Shown: positions 15,978 to 25,691 of the stretch, piece by piece
Layout of the letters: every line of letters begins with the position of its first letter
Numbering within the stretch: the stretch's first letter is position 1
Virus record (IMG/VR): IMGVR_UViG_2660237930_000002
Origin: a virus
Lineage: Duplodnaviria > Heunggongvirae > Uroviricota > Caudoviricetes
Length of the DNA stretch: 55,858 nucleotides
Strand: one strand, 5' to 3'
Translations under genes and position numbers: made by a program
The notes under the pieces: model-generated
Told to the model about the DNA's origin: nothing
What the model saw: only the letters and a program-made list of their open reading frames with translations
The model's database searches: none

Positions 15978-16226
15978 TCATGCAGCGTTGCTCACAGGAC
16001 GATATACACGTTGCTGAACAGGAGGCTTTTTACCCTGGAACTCTGCCGGGCTTGCTGCCTGACGTTCATCAAGCCAACGCTCAACTTCATCACGGTTCCA
16101 TGCGCAGCGTTTGTCAGTGATATACCAGCGTTTAGGAAATTCCCCTGCGCGCTCCATGCGGTCGATAGTGCTCCATGACAGTGGCACCACCGCCAGGAGT
16201 TCCTTCTTACCTAATGCACCTTTCAT
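15978..16226 (-). CDS. AlpA-family DNA-binding protein / excisionase-like regulator
   Basis: Small HTH protein (LLAVVPLSWSTIDRMERAGEFPKRWYITDKRCAWNRDEVERWL) next to integrase. Confidence 0.7.
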   Translation of the reverse strand: MKGALGKKELLAVVPLSWSTIDRMERAGEFPKRWYITDKRCAWNRDEVERWLDERQAASPAEFQGKKPPVQQRVYRPVSNAA

Positions 16227-16275
16227 AAATACCTCTCTTGGTTGCAGTGCGGCGCGCGTGGCGCCGCGGTGGTGG

Positions 16276-17193
16276 TTACATAGATGTTTCGTTTAATTCT
16301 TCCCGACGAACGCTGTAAACGTCGGTGGCTTTTGCCAGCAGTTCGTCATCATCTGAAAGTTTTTGTGCAATGTATTTGTAAGCTTTATCCAGTTCGGAGA
16401 CAGTGCTGTAATTCATCGCTGCGCTGGTAAAGGCCATCAGCATTTCTTCTGGATCACGGCTATCCGCTTTACGCGTTTGCTCATCAGGCTTTTTCACTTG
16501 TTTAGCGTTGATCAGACTGTTCATGCTGGATGCTGTGCCGTGCTTTGCCTGACTTCTTGGAGTTACGTCACGTTCAATAATGTCAGGTGAGTCGATATAT
16601 TTACCTTCCATTTCCTCAGCTGTGGCTTGTTGACCAATCTCCGGCCATGCTTTACGTAATGCCTGTGCCTCTGCGCATTTTGCCAACTGCGCATAAGGGC
16701 GCTTTTTCCACATGGCATTTGGTGCCGATGTGTCACGCCCCCCAGTTGCATAGTTCTCAATCCAGTATTCTTTGGCGCTAAACTCTACGATTTCCCCGCT
16801 TGCCATTCGCTTGCTGACGGTGTACTTACACCACTGAGGGAAGGTAACCTCCACGCCTGAAAGCGTTTGTGTTACATCTGGACCGAACTCAGGTTCATTA
16901 GCGCCTGCGTAATCGCCGGAACGGTAGGCCTGAATGCGATAAAGTCCAATGCCAGGCATGACCACGTCGCGCCATTCATTCTTTCCACTCTTCGAGTCTT
17001 TAACACTCATTGGTACCAGGTGTACCGGCTTAAGAAGAGGATCGAGTTGACGCGCACGGCAGTAATCGACTGCCATCATTACCGATTCATCTTTTGCCCC
17101 AGGGTAAATACTGTTTTTCAGAGCGCTCCATGTAACTTCATCGATTCCCCGAATAGCCAACACATCATTGGTGATTGCAATTTCGTTGCTCAT
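16276..17193 (-). CDS. RecT-family single-strand annealing recombinase
   Basis: Start MSNEIAITND with AGGA RBS; RecT-like sequence; ATGA overlap with upstream nuclease gene. Confidence 0.75.
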   Translation of the reverse strand: MSNEIAITNDVLAIRGIDEVTWSALKNSIYPGAKDESVMMAVDYCRARQLDPLLKPVHLVPMSVKDSKSGKNEWRDVVMPGIGLYRIQAYRSGDYAGANEPEFGPDVTQTLSGVEVTFPQWCKYTVSKRMASGEIVEFSAKEYWIENYATGGRDTSAPNAMWKKRPYAQLAKCAEAQALRKAWPEIGQQATAEEMEGKYIDSPDIIERDVTPRSQAKHGTASSMNSLINAKQVKKPDEQTRKADSRDPEEMLMAFTSAAMNYSTVSELDKAYKYIAQKLSDDDELLAKATDVYSVRREELNETSM

Positions 17194-18011
17194 ACGTACA
17201 TATCCTGTTTGCGTGCCCACTCAGGGCGTTTAATAATTTCCACGCCGCCCCATTCATCGCTGATGCGGCATTCGTGATAGGTATTCAGATCCCGGCGGAA
17301 CAGAGCGTGCCCGGCATCGACATCCGGCGCATCCAGCTCGAACACGCGTACTGGATACCGACCACAATCAATGCTTTCGCTCACGGCAAGAAAGAAAAAA
17401 CCATGCGGCTGACCAGTAACCCTCATTGCGCCTTCGCGGTACATTGCGTCCTGCACGTGGTAGCGGAATTCCTCGATGTGGCGTGCAAAACGGTCCATAT
17501 CTGCAACCTTTTTCACGTCGACGATCACGTTGTGCTCGTTCAGCCATTTGTCTGGACGAATGCGGCACAACTCACCAGTATCTTCATCGTTCCAGTACAT
17601 TGATGCTTCGCAGTAACCAGGTGCTTCCAGCATCCAGCGTGCCGCCGGGTGAGCCATTGCGCTATCACGCATCAGCTCCAGTTTCCGCCACTGCTCGGCA
17701 TCAAGTACCGTAATCCCCATATCCGCCACATCACGAAGAAATGCCTCTTCGTCAGCTTTACCTTGTTTCGTCCGACGTTCGAATTTCGGTGAAACAATGA
17801 AGCGTTTGTCGAACTCTCCAGGCTCCAGAAGCAGACAGTGCAATGCGGTTCCCATATCCAGTGCAGACTTTTTCTCTTCGTCTTCTGGTGCTGCCTGAAC
17901 CCATTTAAGAAGCGCCGGATTCTTGGCAACCATGTCCAGTTGCGATTTACTCACGCCGTCACCGGCGTGGTAGTCTTCGTTGCTGATGTCGAAATAAATT
18001 CCCGCTTTCAT
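17190..18011 (-). CDS. PD-(D/E)XK family exonuclease (recombination partner of RecT)
   Basis: IRPDKW...VDVKK motif arrangement; gene pair with RecT. Confidence 0.7.
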   Translation of the reverse strand: MKAGIYFDISNEDYHAGDGVSKSQLDMVAKNPALLKWVQAAPEDEEKKSALDMGTALHCLLLEPGEFDKRFIVSPKFERRTKQGKADEEAFLRDVADMGITVLDAEQWRKLELMRDSAMAHPAARWMLEAPGYCEASMYWNDEDTGELCRIRPDKWLNEHNVIVDVKKVADMDRFARHIEEFRYHVQDAMYREGAMRVTGQPHGFFFLAVSESIDCGRYPVRVFELDAPDVDAGHALFRRDLNTYHECRISDEWGGVEIIKRPEWARKQDMYV

Positions 18012-18307
18012 GCCGCGTCCCTCTGCCCATCAATCTGATCAGCCAGATCCCAGCGGGCGATAATTGCCATTGCCTCGCGACGGTAGGCATCCATCAGTTC
18101 TTCGAACTCAGGGCTGTCTTTAGCAGCCTCCAGTACTTCCTGACGAACGCCTTTGCCTGTTACAACGTCGAAAGTTGAGGACAGTTGATGAAGTCGGATG
18201 CTCTCAATCAGTTCAACTTGTCGGTCATATAGCTGTTCTGACAGGCGGTAGTCCTTGTCGAATGCCAGCATGATTTTTTGAAGATTTTTCTGCTGATTAA
18301 CGTTCAT
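18008..18307 (-). CDS. Hypothetical early protein
   Basis: ORF (MNVNQQKNLQKIM...) overlapping the nuclease start by ATGA. Confidence 0.5.
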   Translation of the reverse strand: MNVNQQKNLQKIMLAFDKDYRLSEQLYDRQVELIESIRLHQLSSTFDVVTGKGVRQEVLEAAKDSPEFEELMDAYRREAMAIIARWDLADQIDGQRDAA

Positions 18308-18309
18308 TA

Positions 18310-18462
18310 TCAGCCCTCCCATATCTCGTTATCGTTGGCTACATCGCGAGCTTCTTTGCTGACGAAAGCCCACTTAATGCCTTCCTGTAAGGTGCGGAAC
18401 TTCCAGCTCATGAATCCGCATGCAGTAACGCAGTACCAACCGTTGATGATTTTCCACTGCAT
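18310..18462 (-). CDS. Small hypothetical protein (50 aa), first gene of leftward operon
   Basis: Hand-translated minus-strand ORF MQWKIINGWYCVTACGFMSWKFRTLQEGIKWAFVSKEARDVANDNEIWEG; its stop lies 2 nt before the next start; below the ORF-track length cutoff. Confidence 0.3.
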   Translation of the reverse strand: MQWKIINGWYCVTACGFMSWKFRTLQEGIKWAFVSKEARDVANDNEIWEG

Positions 18463-18481
18463 AACTTGTTACCTCGGTCTG

Positions 18482-18496
18482 TTACCGTTGAGGTAA
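18482..18496. promoter_or_regulatory. Operator TTACC-gttga-GGTAA (leftward early promoter region)
   Basis: Perfect 5-N5-5 palindrome. Confidence 0.6.
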
Positions 18497-18542
18497 TGAT
18501 TATGCGTATCTGGTTTGATGTCAATAGATATGAGTTAAAAAA

Positions 18543-18557
18543 ATTACCCATAAGGTA
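18543..18557. promoter_or_regulatory. Operator TTACC-cataa-GGTAA
   Basis: Perfect palindrome, 46 bp from the previous site. Confidence 0.6.
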
Positions 18558-18615
18558 ATCGCATAGGCAATAAAAAAGCCGCCATGAGGCGGCTTACTTA
18601 CTGAAAAATATGATT

Positions 18616-19200
18616 TTATTGTTTGCTTTTTTCGTTCTGGTTGATGACAAATTCAATGTAACTTTCGATCTTTGCCTTCTCTGTTTCAGGTAACAATGCG
18701 TAGCGCGAGCGATCATAGTTGATAGTCGCAGGGTCGTGCGGGTGAATCAGTAATTCATAGCCGTGACGCCCGAATGCGGATGCAACATTCTCCAGGGTGG
18801 AAATGGAAACGCTGACTTCATTGTTTAACAGGCGGCTGATTGTCACCTGGGCGACGCCGGATGCGCGGTGAAGTTTTCCCTGTGTTGAAAGGTCGCGGCT
18901 TTCGCTCATCCAGCGTTCCAGGTTGTGAGCCGCCAGCTGACCAATGTCGCTTGGGCCGACAGGCTGAAACCCCTCCTGAGAAAGCGAGCGATCGATATCA
19001 AGCCAGTTACGGGGTTTATTGGCGGCAGCTTCAATTTTTCGCGCAACCTGGTCGCCGATAACCTTCTTGCCAAGAGCCCAGCGGTTTACCAGATTTGCCT
19101 GAGTTCCAAGTTTTTCTGCCATCCGCGTCTGAACACCATTGAATTCACGGTCGATCAAGTCGTTGAGATTTTGCCTGCGGACGTCCTGGATACTTTTCAT
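18616..19200 (-). CDS. Prophage repressor candidate (two XRE-type HTH domains, no obvious S24 peptidase domain)
   Basis: Two HTH-like segments (QTRMAEKLGTQANLVNRWALGKK; ASGVAQVTISRLLNNEVSVSISTLENVA); divergent from the Cro-like gene with operator-containing intergenic region. Confidence 0.65.
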   Translation of the reverse strand: MKSIQDVRRQNLNDLIDREFNGVQTRMAEKLGTQANLVNRWALGKKVIGDQVARKIEAAANKPRNWLDIDRSLSQEGFQPVGPSDIGQLAAHNLERWMSESRDLSTQGKLHRASGVAQVTISRLLNNEVSVSISTLENVASAFGRHGYELLIHPHDPATINYDRSRYALLPETEKAKIESYIEFVINQNEKSKQ

Positions 19201-19255
19201 TTTCTGGAAAATCGCCTCATATATGAATCAGTAGATGATTCAATTTAAAGCAATA

Positions 19256-19270
19256 TTACCCAACAGGTAA
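19256..19270. promoter_or_regulatory. Operator TTACC-caaca-GGTAA in the repressor/cro divergent region
   Basis: Perfect palindrome; a GGTAA half-site at 19282-19286 and an imperfect site at 19304-19318 follow. Confidence 0.6.
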
Positions 19271-19354
19271 ATGCACCTCATAGGTAACTATCCTTGATTT
19301 TTGTTACCTTATGGGTGAATATTTATTATCTGAAATAAATATCAGGCAATAGCT

Positions 19355-19585
19355 ATGAGCGATAACGGACATTTCGATTTCAAAAAGCACTGGCTTGCAC
19401 TTACTCCGGATGAGCGTGAAGCCTTCGCACAGGAAGCCGGAACGACGAGTCACTATATCCAGACTCACTTAACAGGTAAGCGCAAAATGCCAGGTAAAGT
19501 ATTGATGAATGGGCTTTTTAAAGCCTGTAAAACAAGACAATGGCTGCGCTCAAAAGCAGAACTGGCATACTTCTTCTACTCATGA
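19355..19585 (+). CDS. Cro-like / YdaS-type HTH regulator
   Basis: 76-aa protein divergent from the repressor; followed by terminator. Confidence 0.6.
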   Translation: MSDNGHFDFKKHWLALTPDEREAFAQEAGTTSHYIQTHLTGKRKMPGKVLMNGLFKACKTRQWLRSKAELAYFFYS

Positions 19586-19606
19586 TATCCAGCTACAACC
19601 CTCTGT

Positions 19607-19630
19607 AGACCGCCACCTGGCGGTCTTTTC
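19607..19630 (+). terminator. Rho-independent terminator after the cro-like gene
   Basis: gaccgcc-acct-ggcggtc followed by TTTTC. Confidence 0.6.
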
Positions 19631-19733
19631 ATATCTATTCGCACCTCAAAGGTAATAAAAAACCAAATCTGGTTGATCAAATTTTCCAATTGTGCAAAAT
19701 ATCCAATATCAATAACAAAAAGGGGCGGAAAAA

Positions 19734-19946
19734 TTGAAGATAGTAACCAGAATGGAGGCCGCAAAAGCCGGGTTAAATCGCTATTTCACAGGAAAGCGGT
19801 GCCGTCACGGCCATCTCTCTGAAAGGTATGTTCTGAACGGAACATGTGTTGAATGTGCAATGAATAGCGCCAACCGCCATCGTAATGAATTTGCTTGTGC
19901 ACTAAAGAGTGCAAGAGGGGAAACCTATGGCAAGCAGCTGGATTAA
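19734..19946 (+). CDS. Small Cys-rich hypothetical protein (TTG start)
   Basis: AAGGGG RBS then TTG; C-x-H-G-H...C-x2-C pattern. Confidence 0.35.
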   Translation: MKIVTRMEAAKAGLNRYFTGKRCRHGHLSERYVLNGTCVECAMNSANRHRNEFACALKSARGETYGKQLD

Positions 19947-20757
19947 GGTTGAAGTTATCACTCCTGATAAACCTGAAATTTTTCAGATAGCAGAAATTCT
20001 GGGTATTGATCCAGATGCTGTTCTTGGAAAGCTGGTTCGTATATGGGCATGGGCTGACCAGCAAACAATAGACGGTAACGCTGGCAGCGTTACAAAAGGA
20101 GTACTTGATAGACTCGCTTTTATTACAGGATTTGCTGACGCCCTCATTAGCGTCGGATGGCTTGCTTATCATGACGGCAAACTAATTCTTCCAAACTTTG
20201 AGCGACACAATGGAGAATCATCGAAAAAACGTGCACTTACGAATAGAAGAGTGGCAGAGCATCGAAAACGAGTAACGCAAAAAGTAACGCCAACAGCGTT
20301 ACAAAAGGAGTTACCAGAGGAAGAGGAAGAGGAAGATATATATAAAACCCCACACATAGCGCACGTGCGCGAGGGTGCTCCGACCAGTGAAGCGAACGGT
20401 ATGCCGTTGCAGGTGGCTGAACCTGAATTTCTGGATGGCCTGAGTGAACCCATCGGGAAATTTCCGATGACCGATGGCTGGCATCCGTCGCCGGATTTTC
20501 GACGGCGTGCTGCGCTGTGGGGAACGGCCCTGCCGGAACCGGAATTTACACCTGCTGAACTTGCTGCATTCCGGGATTACTGGATGGCTGAGGGCAAAGT
20601 GTTCACGCAGGTTCAGTGGGAACAAAAATTCGCCAGGCACGTAAATCATATCAGGGGAAAATCAAAAAACGCCGGGAAAAGCGATGAGCTTGACTGGAAT
20701 AACACTGACTGGATAGAAGGGGTGTGGGATGAAATCAACTCCAGAACTTCTCAATGA
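19927..20757 (+). CDS. Replication initiation protein (lambda O-like replisome organiser with DnaT-like C-terminus)
   Basis: N-terminus MASSWIKVEVITPDKPEIFQIAEILGID...; acidic linker; position directly upstream of the P-like gene. Confidence 0.6.
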   Translation: MASSWIKVEVITPDKPEIFQIAEILGIDPDAVLGKLVRIWAWADQQTIDGNAGSVTKGVLDRLAFITGFADALISVGWLAYHDGKLILPNFERHNGESSKKRALTNRRVAEHRKRVTQKVTPTALQKELPEEEEEEDIYKTPHIAHVREGAPTSEANGMPLQVAEPEFLDGLSEPIGKFPMTDGWHPSPDFRRRAALWGTALPEPEFTPAELAAFRDYWMAEGKVFTQVQWEQKFARHVNHIRGKSKNAGKSDELDWNNTDWIEGVWDEINSRTSQ

Positions 20758-21505
20758 GTACGATCGCTTACGTGAGCATGGTGTTGCTGTGCATGAAGAG
20801 CGGCGTGACAGCAATGGCAAAAAGGAGCAGGTCGCTAGAATTTTCAATGAACTATTTGTCCAGTTACAGGCTGCATTTCCTGCAAGCGTTTCGACCATAA
20901 GGGAGCAGAACAAACTTAATGAATTCCGTAAGCAATGGATGCTTGCGTTTCTGGAGAATGGGATCACTACAATGGAACAGGTTAACGCTGGTATGCGCTA
21001 CGCCCGCGCCAGTGAATCTCCGTTCTGGCCGTCGCCAGGGCAATTTATCAAGTGGTGTAAAGACAGCAAGATGGTTCTTGGCGTCACCATTGACGATGTG
21101 ATGGCGGAGTTTCACCGGTACAGCAAGGAAAAAAGTTTATATCCTGGTGGTCCCGAAAGATTCCCGTGGCGGCATCCGGTTATGTACTGGGTCGTATGTG
21201 ATACCCGCCGTGCAATGTATCAGCGCCAGCTTAGCGAGATTGAGGTTGAGAAACACGCGCGCAGGCTGCTCGATGATTGGGCGAAAAAGGTGGCTTCCGG
21301 GCAGCAGATACCAGATCCGGTGATCAGCATACAGGCAAAGCCAGAACCCATGAGTACGCCTCCGGACACAGGGAGAGACGTTTACCACCCGCCAGGGCGA
21401 AGTTTCGGGTGCATGCCTAACGCCGCCACCACGGGGGGAATAACACCGGCGCAGTGGCTGATGGAGGAATACAGGCGGGGAAAGGCGGCAGGATTTATCA
21501 AGTAA
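20729..21505 (+). CDS. Replication protein P-like (helicase loader)
   Basis: Segments ...QLQAAFPAS... and NGITTMEQVNAGMR align with lambda P as recalled. Confidence 0.75.
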   Translation: MKSTPELLNEYDRLREHGVAVHEERRDSNGKKEQVARIFNELFVQLQAAFPASVSTIREQNKLNEFRKQWMLAFLENGITTMEQVNAGMRYARASESPFWPSPGQFIKWCKDSKMVLGVTIDDVMAEFHRYSKEKSLYPGGPERFPWRHPVMYWVVCDTRRAMYQRQLSEIEVEKHARRLLDDWAKKVASGQQIPDPVISIQAKPEPMSTPPDTGRDVYHPPGRSFGCMPNAATTGGITPAQWLMEEYRRGKAAGFIK

Positions 21506-21542
21506 TACCAGCGCGATAGCGCATTTTTTTACGTCTCAACAA

Positions 21543-21557
21543 TTACCTATCAGGTAA
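21543..21557. promoter_or_regulatory. Operator TTACC-tatca-GGTAA downstream of the replication genes
   Basis: Perfect palindrome; imperfect copy at 21605-21619. Confidence 0.55.
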
Positions 21558-21622
21558 TAAAATATTCTAAACTCTATTGATTTCGTGTCTTATGTGGTTT
21601 TTAATTACCTTAGAGGTGAATC

Positions 21623-21967
21623 ATGAGAAAACAGATACAGGCTCTTGGTCGACTCAAAACAGGCCAGATGAACAAAACAGAATCTGCGTATTGCCAGCAC
21701 CTTGAGCTGCGTAAACGTGCAGGGGAAATCGCCTGGTATCGATTCGAGGGTATCAAGCTGCGGTTAGCTGACAACACGTTCTATACGCCAGATTTCGCAG
21801 TGATGCTCGCCACCGGAGAGATGGAACTGCACGAAGTGAAAGGTTTCTGGACCGATGACGCCAGGGTGAAAACCAAAGTCGCCGCAGATCAGTATCCGTT
21901 CCGAATCATCGGGGTAACGGTTAAACCAAAGAAAGCAGGTGGTGGCTGGAACATCGAAGAGTTCTGA
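21623..21967 (+). CDS. Hypothetical phage protein (DUF1064-like)
   Basis: 114-aa ORF with RBS; family guess from memory. Confidence 0.4.
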   Translation: MRKQIQALGRLKTGQMNKTESAYCQHLELRKRAGEIAWYRFEGIKLRLADNTFYTPDFAVMLATGEMELHEVKGFWTDDARVKTKVAADQYPFRIIGVTVKPKKAGGGWNIEEF

Positions 21968-22028
21968 ATCGACGATCTTTTTAGTTATCAATGTAATCAA
22001 TAAGTTATGTGGATAAGCGAGGGTAAAG

Positions 22029-22550
22029 ATGGAAAGTAATATCAAAGGGTTAGTTGCCGCCGGGCATGAGATGGCTTCGGAACTGAAAGCAGAATGTGGT
22101 GCCGTTGATATGCGTAGTGTGGCAAAGCTGCTCAGCGATTTTGCAACGCAACTGGAAGTGCAACTGGTGCGTGCTAATGCGCTGGCTGCGGAGAATGCGG
22201 GGCTGAAGTCGAACCTGATTTGCTGGGGCGGCGAAGATTCAGGGGCTGTCAGAAGTCCGCTTGATTACGCCCGTGCAGCCGGGCTGGAATCTGGAGAGGA
22301 GTTTGAGATGCAAGTGGCAGCCAGAATGCCGAACCTGACTTATCGCGTTGTGTCGAATTCCCGATTCAGAACAACAATAGAACTGGTTGACGGATCATTG
22401 CCGGAAACCCCAGCCACCAATGCTTTTCTGGCTGAAGTACGGGCGCAGGGGGTTGAGATGATGCGCGAACACCCATCAATCAAACTTTGCTCTTTGACGC
22501 ACATATGTGACGAGTTCGCCGCCCAGCTTCGCAAAGGAGGCAACCAGTGA
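22029..22550 (+). CDS. Hypothetical phage protein
   Basis: ORF with RBS, 4-bp overlap with next gene. Confidence 0.4.
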   Translation: MESNIKGLVAAGHEMASELKAECGAVDMRSVAKLLSDFATQLEVQLVRANALAAENAGLKSNLICWGGEDSGAVRSPLDYARAAGLESGEEFEMQVAARMPNLTYRVVSNSRFRTTIELVDGSLPETPATNAFLAEVRAQGVEMMREHPSIKLCSLTHICDEFAAQLRKGGNQ

Positions 22551-23173
22551 GCAAGATTGACTATCAGGCACTGCGTGAAAAGGCAGAGAAAGCAACGTGT
22601 GGGGTGTGGTCGCTCGAATATGGAGAGAGCCGATTTGATTGTGATGATGCGCTAATTCATCGTGACGTTGTTGGATATCTTCCCATTTGCAGAATTGAAG
22701 GAGCGCATCCAGAAAGCGGTTTCGATGAAGATTTCCAAATGGAACAGCAGGCCAATGCTGAATTCATCGCCGCAGTCAATCCAGCTACCGTCTTGGCGCT
22801 GCTGGATGAACGGGGAATCCCAAAACAAGCTATTGCAGAACTGGAGAAAAGCGAAGAGCAACTCATTAACGAGCGTGACCATGCTGAGTCTGCTTTAGAT
22901 GATATGTACTTTGCAGCAACCGGTAACAGGCCGGAGTGGAGCAACTGGTTCGGCTTTTCAGATGCTGTCGATGCCGTGGTTGACAGAATTGCTGATTTAG
23001 AAGCTCAACAGCCATCGCCAGTAGTACCGGAAGGACTGGTTAAAGCAGTGCGCTTCTATGAACAGGTTAAGCGTGAAAATCCGCCAGTCGAAACCGGAGC
23101 ATGGAAAGACGCTGTTGACTGGGTGCTCAAAGAGGCTTGCCAGGGTGTAAACACTGGCATCAAAGGAGAGTGA
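22547..23173 (+). CDS. Ead/Ea22-like phage protein
   Basis: NAEFIAAVNPATVLALLDE segment typical of Ead/Ea22-like proteins. Confidence 0.5.
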   Translation: MSKIDYQALREKAEKATCGVWSLEYGESRFDCDDALIHRDVVGYLPICRIEGAHPESGFDEDFQMEQQANAEFIAAVNPATVLALLDERGIPKQAIAELEKSEEQLINERDHAESALDDMYFAATGNRPEWSNWFGFSDAVDAVVDRIADLEAQQPSPVVPEGLVKAVRFYEQVKRENPPVETGAWKDAVDWVLKEACQGVNTGIKGE

Positions 23174-23174
23174 T

Positions 23175-23690
23175 ATGGCGTTAACACACCGCGAACTCTG
23201 TCAGATTGCGTACAAGTTCCTTAAGCGCAACGGTTTCAAGGTTTGTTTTCATGACCGCTTTATAGCTGTAACCAGTACCGGAGAACAGCCAGATGCTATG
23301 GGATTCAGAAATTCAGCATCATGCCTGATAGAGGCGAAGTGTTCTCGTGCTGACTTGTTAGCAGATAGAAAAAAGCGTTTTCGTAAAAATCCGTCTCTTG
23401 GAATGGGCGACTGGCGATTCTTTATTAGTGAGCCGGGAATTATTTCAATTGAGGATTTACCACCTGGCTGGGGATTACTTCACGTTGTTAACGGAAGAGT
23501 ACGGAAAGTACATGGGTGGCCCAAGGGTAATTGCTGTTGGGGTAATCCTGACGATAAGCCATTTACTGGGAATAAGCAGGTTGAATGCGATTACATGTTA
23601 TCTGCATTAAGGCGCATGGAGTTGAGAGGGCACCTTAATGAAATATATGACGGTGTAATTGTTAATAAGAAAGAAGGAAACGCGGCATGA
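23175..23690 (+). CDS. Hypothetical protein with PD-(D/E)XK-like motif
   Basis: GEQPDAMGF...LIEAKCS resembles a D...E-x-K nuclease core. Confidence 0.35.
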   Translation: MALTHRELCQIAYKFLKRNGFKVCFHDRFIAVTSTGEQPDAMGFRNSASCLIEAKCSRADLLADRKKRFRKNPSLGMGDWRFFISEPGIISIEDLPPGWGLLHVVNGRVRKVHGWPKGNCCWGNPDDKPFTGNKQVECDYMLSALRRMELRGHLNEIYDGVIVNKKEGNAA

Positions 23691-24571
23691 TCACTATTAC
23701 CAATAGCAAACTAACAGACGAATACGTTTCAAATGCAACGTTGATTCGGCTCATTCTGTGGGCTGACCAGCACAATAGCCATTATGTTGTAGCGGCTCTG
23801 CGCGAGCTACAGGAGCGCCGCAAGGCTGATAGTGTGCCTGTAGAAGTCAACGACGACATGGCTTACGCATTCCATCACGCACTGTCAGATTCATCGCTAG
23901 GCGCTGATGAAGTAGAGGAAATTAAGGCCGGTTTGCGTGCTGCCTTTGCCAATGTCACCGTCCAGCCGGTGCTGATAGTGCCGGATGAAATCGAGCCAGA
24001 CGATAGCAATACGTTTGATTATGTTGATGGCTGGAACGCCTGCCGCGCCGCCATGCTTCAGGCTGGAAACTTTCGGGAAAATAAGGATTCGCCAACCAAT
24101 AATTTTCGGGAAATCTCGGAAACGTCAACCAACTATCCGGTAATTCCTAGTGAGGTGTTGTCCGCAATCCAGAAGGTTGCCAAGATTCGTGCCGATTTCG
24201 ATGATTTTGACGGTGACAGGCGAGGTATCGGTGATTGTCTGGATGAGGCTGAGCAAGAGCTTATCGTTACCATTAACAAATATGCCAGTCAGTTGGCAGC
24301 AGAACCTATAGCGCCTAATGACGTTCGAGAGCAGACAGCCATTCCGCAAGTTCCGGTAACTCCGGATAGTTGGATAAGCTGTAGTGAGCGAATGCCAGAT
24401 GATGGTCAGCACGTAATTATTTTATGTGATGGCGCATTCGTTCTTTATGCGCAATATCGAGACGGTGAGTTTTTTGATGTTGTCCGCAATGGTGAGGAGT
24501 TCTTCGAAACGCAGAGCCGCAATGTAACCCACTGGATGCCGCTACCAGAACCGCCGCAGGAGGTGAAGTGA
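23687..24571 (+). CDS. Hypothetical phage protein with DUF551-like C-terminus
   Basis: C-terminal W-x-S-x-SERMP...THWMPLPEPP pattern. Confidence 0.45.
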   Translation: MITITNSKLTDEYVSNATLIRLILWADQHNSHYVVAALRELQERRKADSVPVEVNDDMAYAFHHALSDSSLGADEVEEIKAGLRAAFANVTVQPVLIVPDEIEPDDSNTFDYVDGWNACRAAMLQAGNFRENKDSPTNNFREISETSTNYPVIPSEVLSAIQKVAKIRADFDDFDGDRRGIGDCLDEAEQELIVTINKYASQLAAEPIAPNDVREQTAIPQVPVTPDSWISCSERMPDDGQHVIILCDGAFVLYAQYRDGEFFDVVRNGEEFFETQSRNVTHWMPLPEPPQEVK

Positions 24572-24855
24572 TGGACTCCTTCGCGAAATATACGATTATT
24601 GACTGGATAGCCTTCCTTCAGGTTTTGCTCATCTGGTTTTATATGGCTTACAGGAGTGGACAGTGGATTGTCAGTGTAGCCTGTAGCAAGGGATGGCGTT
24701 GGTGGAACCGAAAGAATAAAAAAGCACTGGCATTGGATTCGTTTTACGAAGCATTCAATCTTAACAGCCTTCAGCCTGGTTCTGTCATTGTAGTCACCAC
24801 TCAAAGCGGCATGACGATACAAATTCACAAGCCAAAGGAGGAAGGTCGTGGCTAA
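24568..24855 (+). CDS. Hypothetical small membrane-associated protein
   Basis: ORF with hydrophobic N-terminal half. Confidence 0.35.
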   Translation: MMDSFAKYTIIDWIAFLQVLLIWFYMAYRSGQWIVSVACSKGWRWWNRKNKKALALDSFYEAFNLNSLQPGSVIVVTTQSGMTIQIHKPKEEGRG

Positions 24856-25087
24856 CCTGCAACTTGCCGTTAAAGGTGAATACTTCGATGCCATGATTCG
24901 CGGGGAGAAAACGGAAGAGTATCGCCTGTGTAATGACTACTGGAATAAGCGAATTATGTTACGGGTGTATGACCGTCTGATTATCACAAAGGGATATCCG
25001 AAGCGCGACGATTCCAGTCGCAGAATTGATGTTCCGTATGGCGGATATGAACACAAACACAATCACACATCCCCACTTCGGCGATAA
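24848..25087 (+). CDS. Hypothetical protein (ASCH-like fold possible)
   Basis: ORF in operon context only. Confidence 0.3.
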   Translation: MANLQLAVKGEYFDAMIRGEKTEEYRLCNDYWNKRIMLRVYDRLIITKGYPKRDDSSRRIDVPYGGYEHKHNHTSPLRR

Positions 25088-25119
25088 ACCGGTAAAGGTG
25101 TTCGCGATAAAGGTAAATA

Positions 25120-25461
25120 TTGATGGCTAAATCAGCAGCAGAGCGCAAAGCCGCTCAGAGAGCCAGACAAGCTGCATCTGGTGTGCGTAAGCTGGAGATT
25201 GTGCTTGATGCTCAGGAAATTGAAATGCTGGAGCGTAACTGTGCCACGCGTCGCCCCGGGCATGCGCCTTACGAATTTGGTGAGTATATAGCGTTACTGA
25301 TCCGCCAGGATGATGCACGCGTGCGCGGGCGTATAAAATCGATCAGCAGAAAACGTTGCGGTAAGTGCGGCGAGAGAGTTCCAGTTAATTCATGCCCGTG
25401 TAATGGTGACTCGCAATGCTGGGTGACTAAAGGCTGGCATGAAACGAAATTAATAGTGTGA
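25120..25461 (+). CDS. Hypothetical protein with C-terminal Cys cluster (possible zinc-finger regulator)
   Basis: CGKCGERVPVNSCPCNGDSQC motif; basic N-terminus. Confidence 0.4.
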   Translation: MMAKSAAERKAAQRARQAASGVRKLEIVLDAQEIEMLERNCATRRPGHAPYEFGEYIALLIRQDDARVRGRIKSISRKRCGKCGERVPVNSCPCNGDSQCWVTKGWHETKLIV

Positions 25462-25691
25462 CATGTCACGAAGGTGTTATGCCAAAAATACGCTACGACC
25501 TTGAAGATATGAGAGATAACTCAGCAAATTTTCCGAAAGAGGTTAAATTTCTCATGCATAAGTATGGTTGCGCCAGGAGGGATATAGTTATCGACAGTCA
25601 GCACCCTTGCGGCGAGGATGTAATTTTCATTCGCGGTAAATGGGAAGGGTATCTTGACGAGAGTTTTTACGATGAATTTGATGGACTTTGA
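25458..25691 (+). CDS. Hypothetical protein
   Basis: ORF overlapping neighbours by 4 bp. Confidence 0.35.
   Translation: MTCHEGVMPKIRYDLEDMRDNSANFPKEVKFLMHKYGCARRDIVIDSQHPCGEDVIFIRGKWEGYLDESFYDEFDGL

Noticed and set aside
20311-20340. GAAGAGGAAGAGGAAGA run in the O-like gene as another duplication artefact
   Set aside because: In frame, encodes an acidic EEEEE linker typical of replication initiators, and does not break the reading frame
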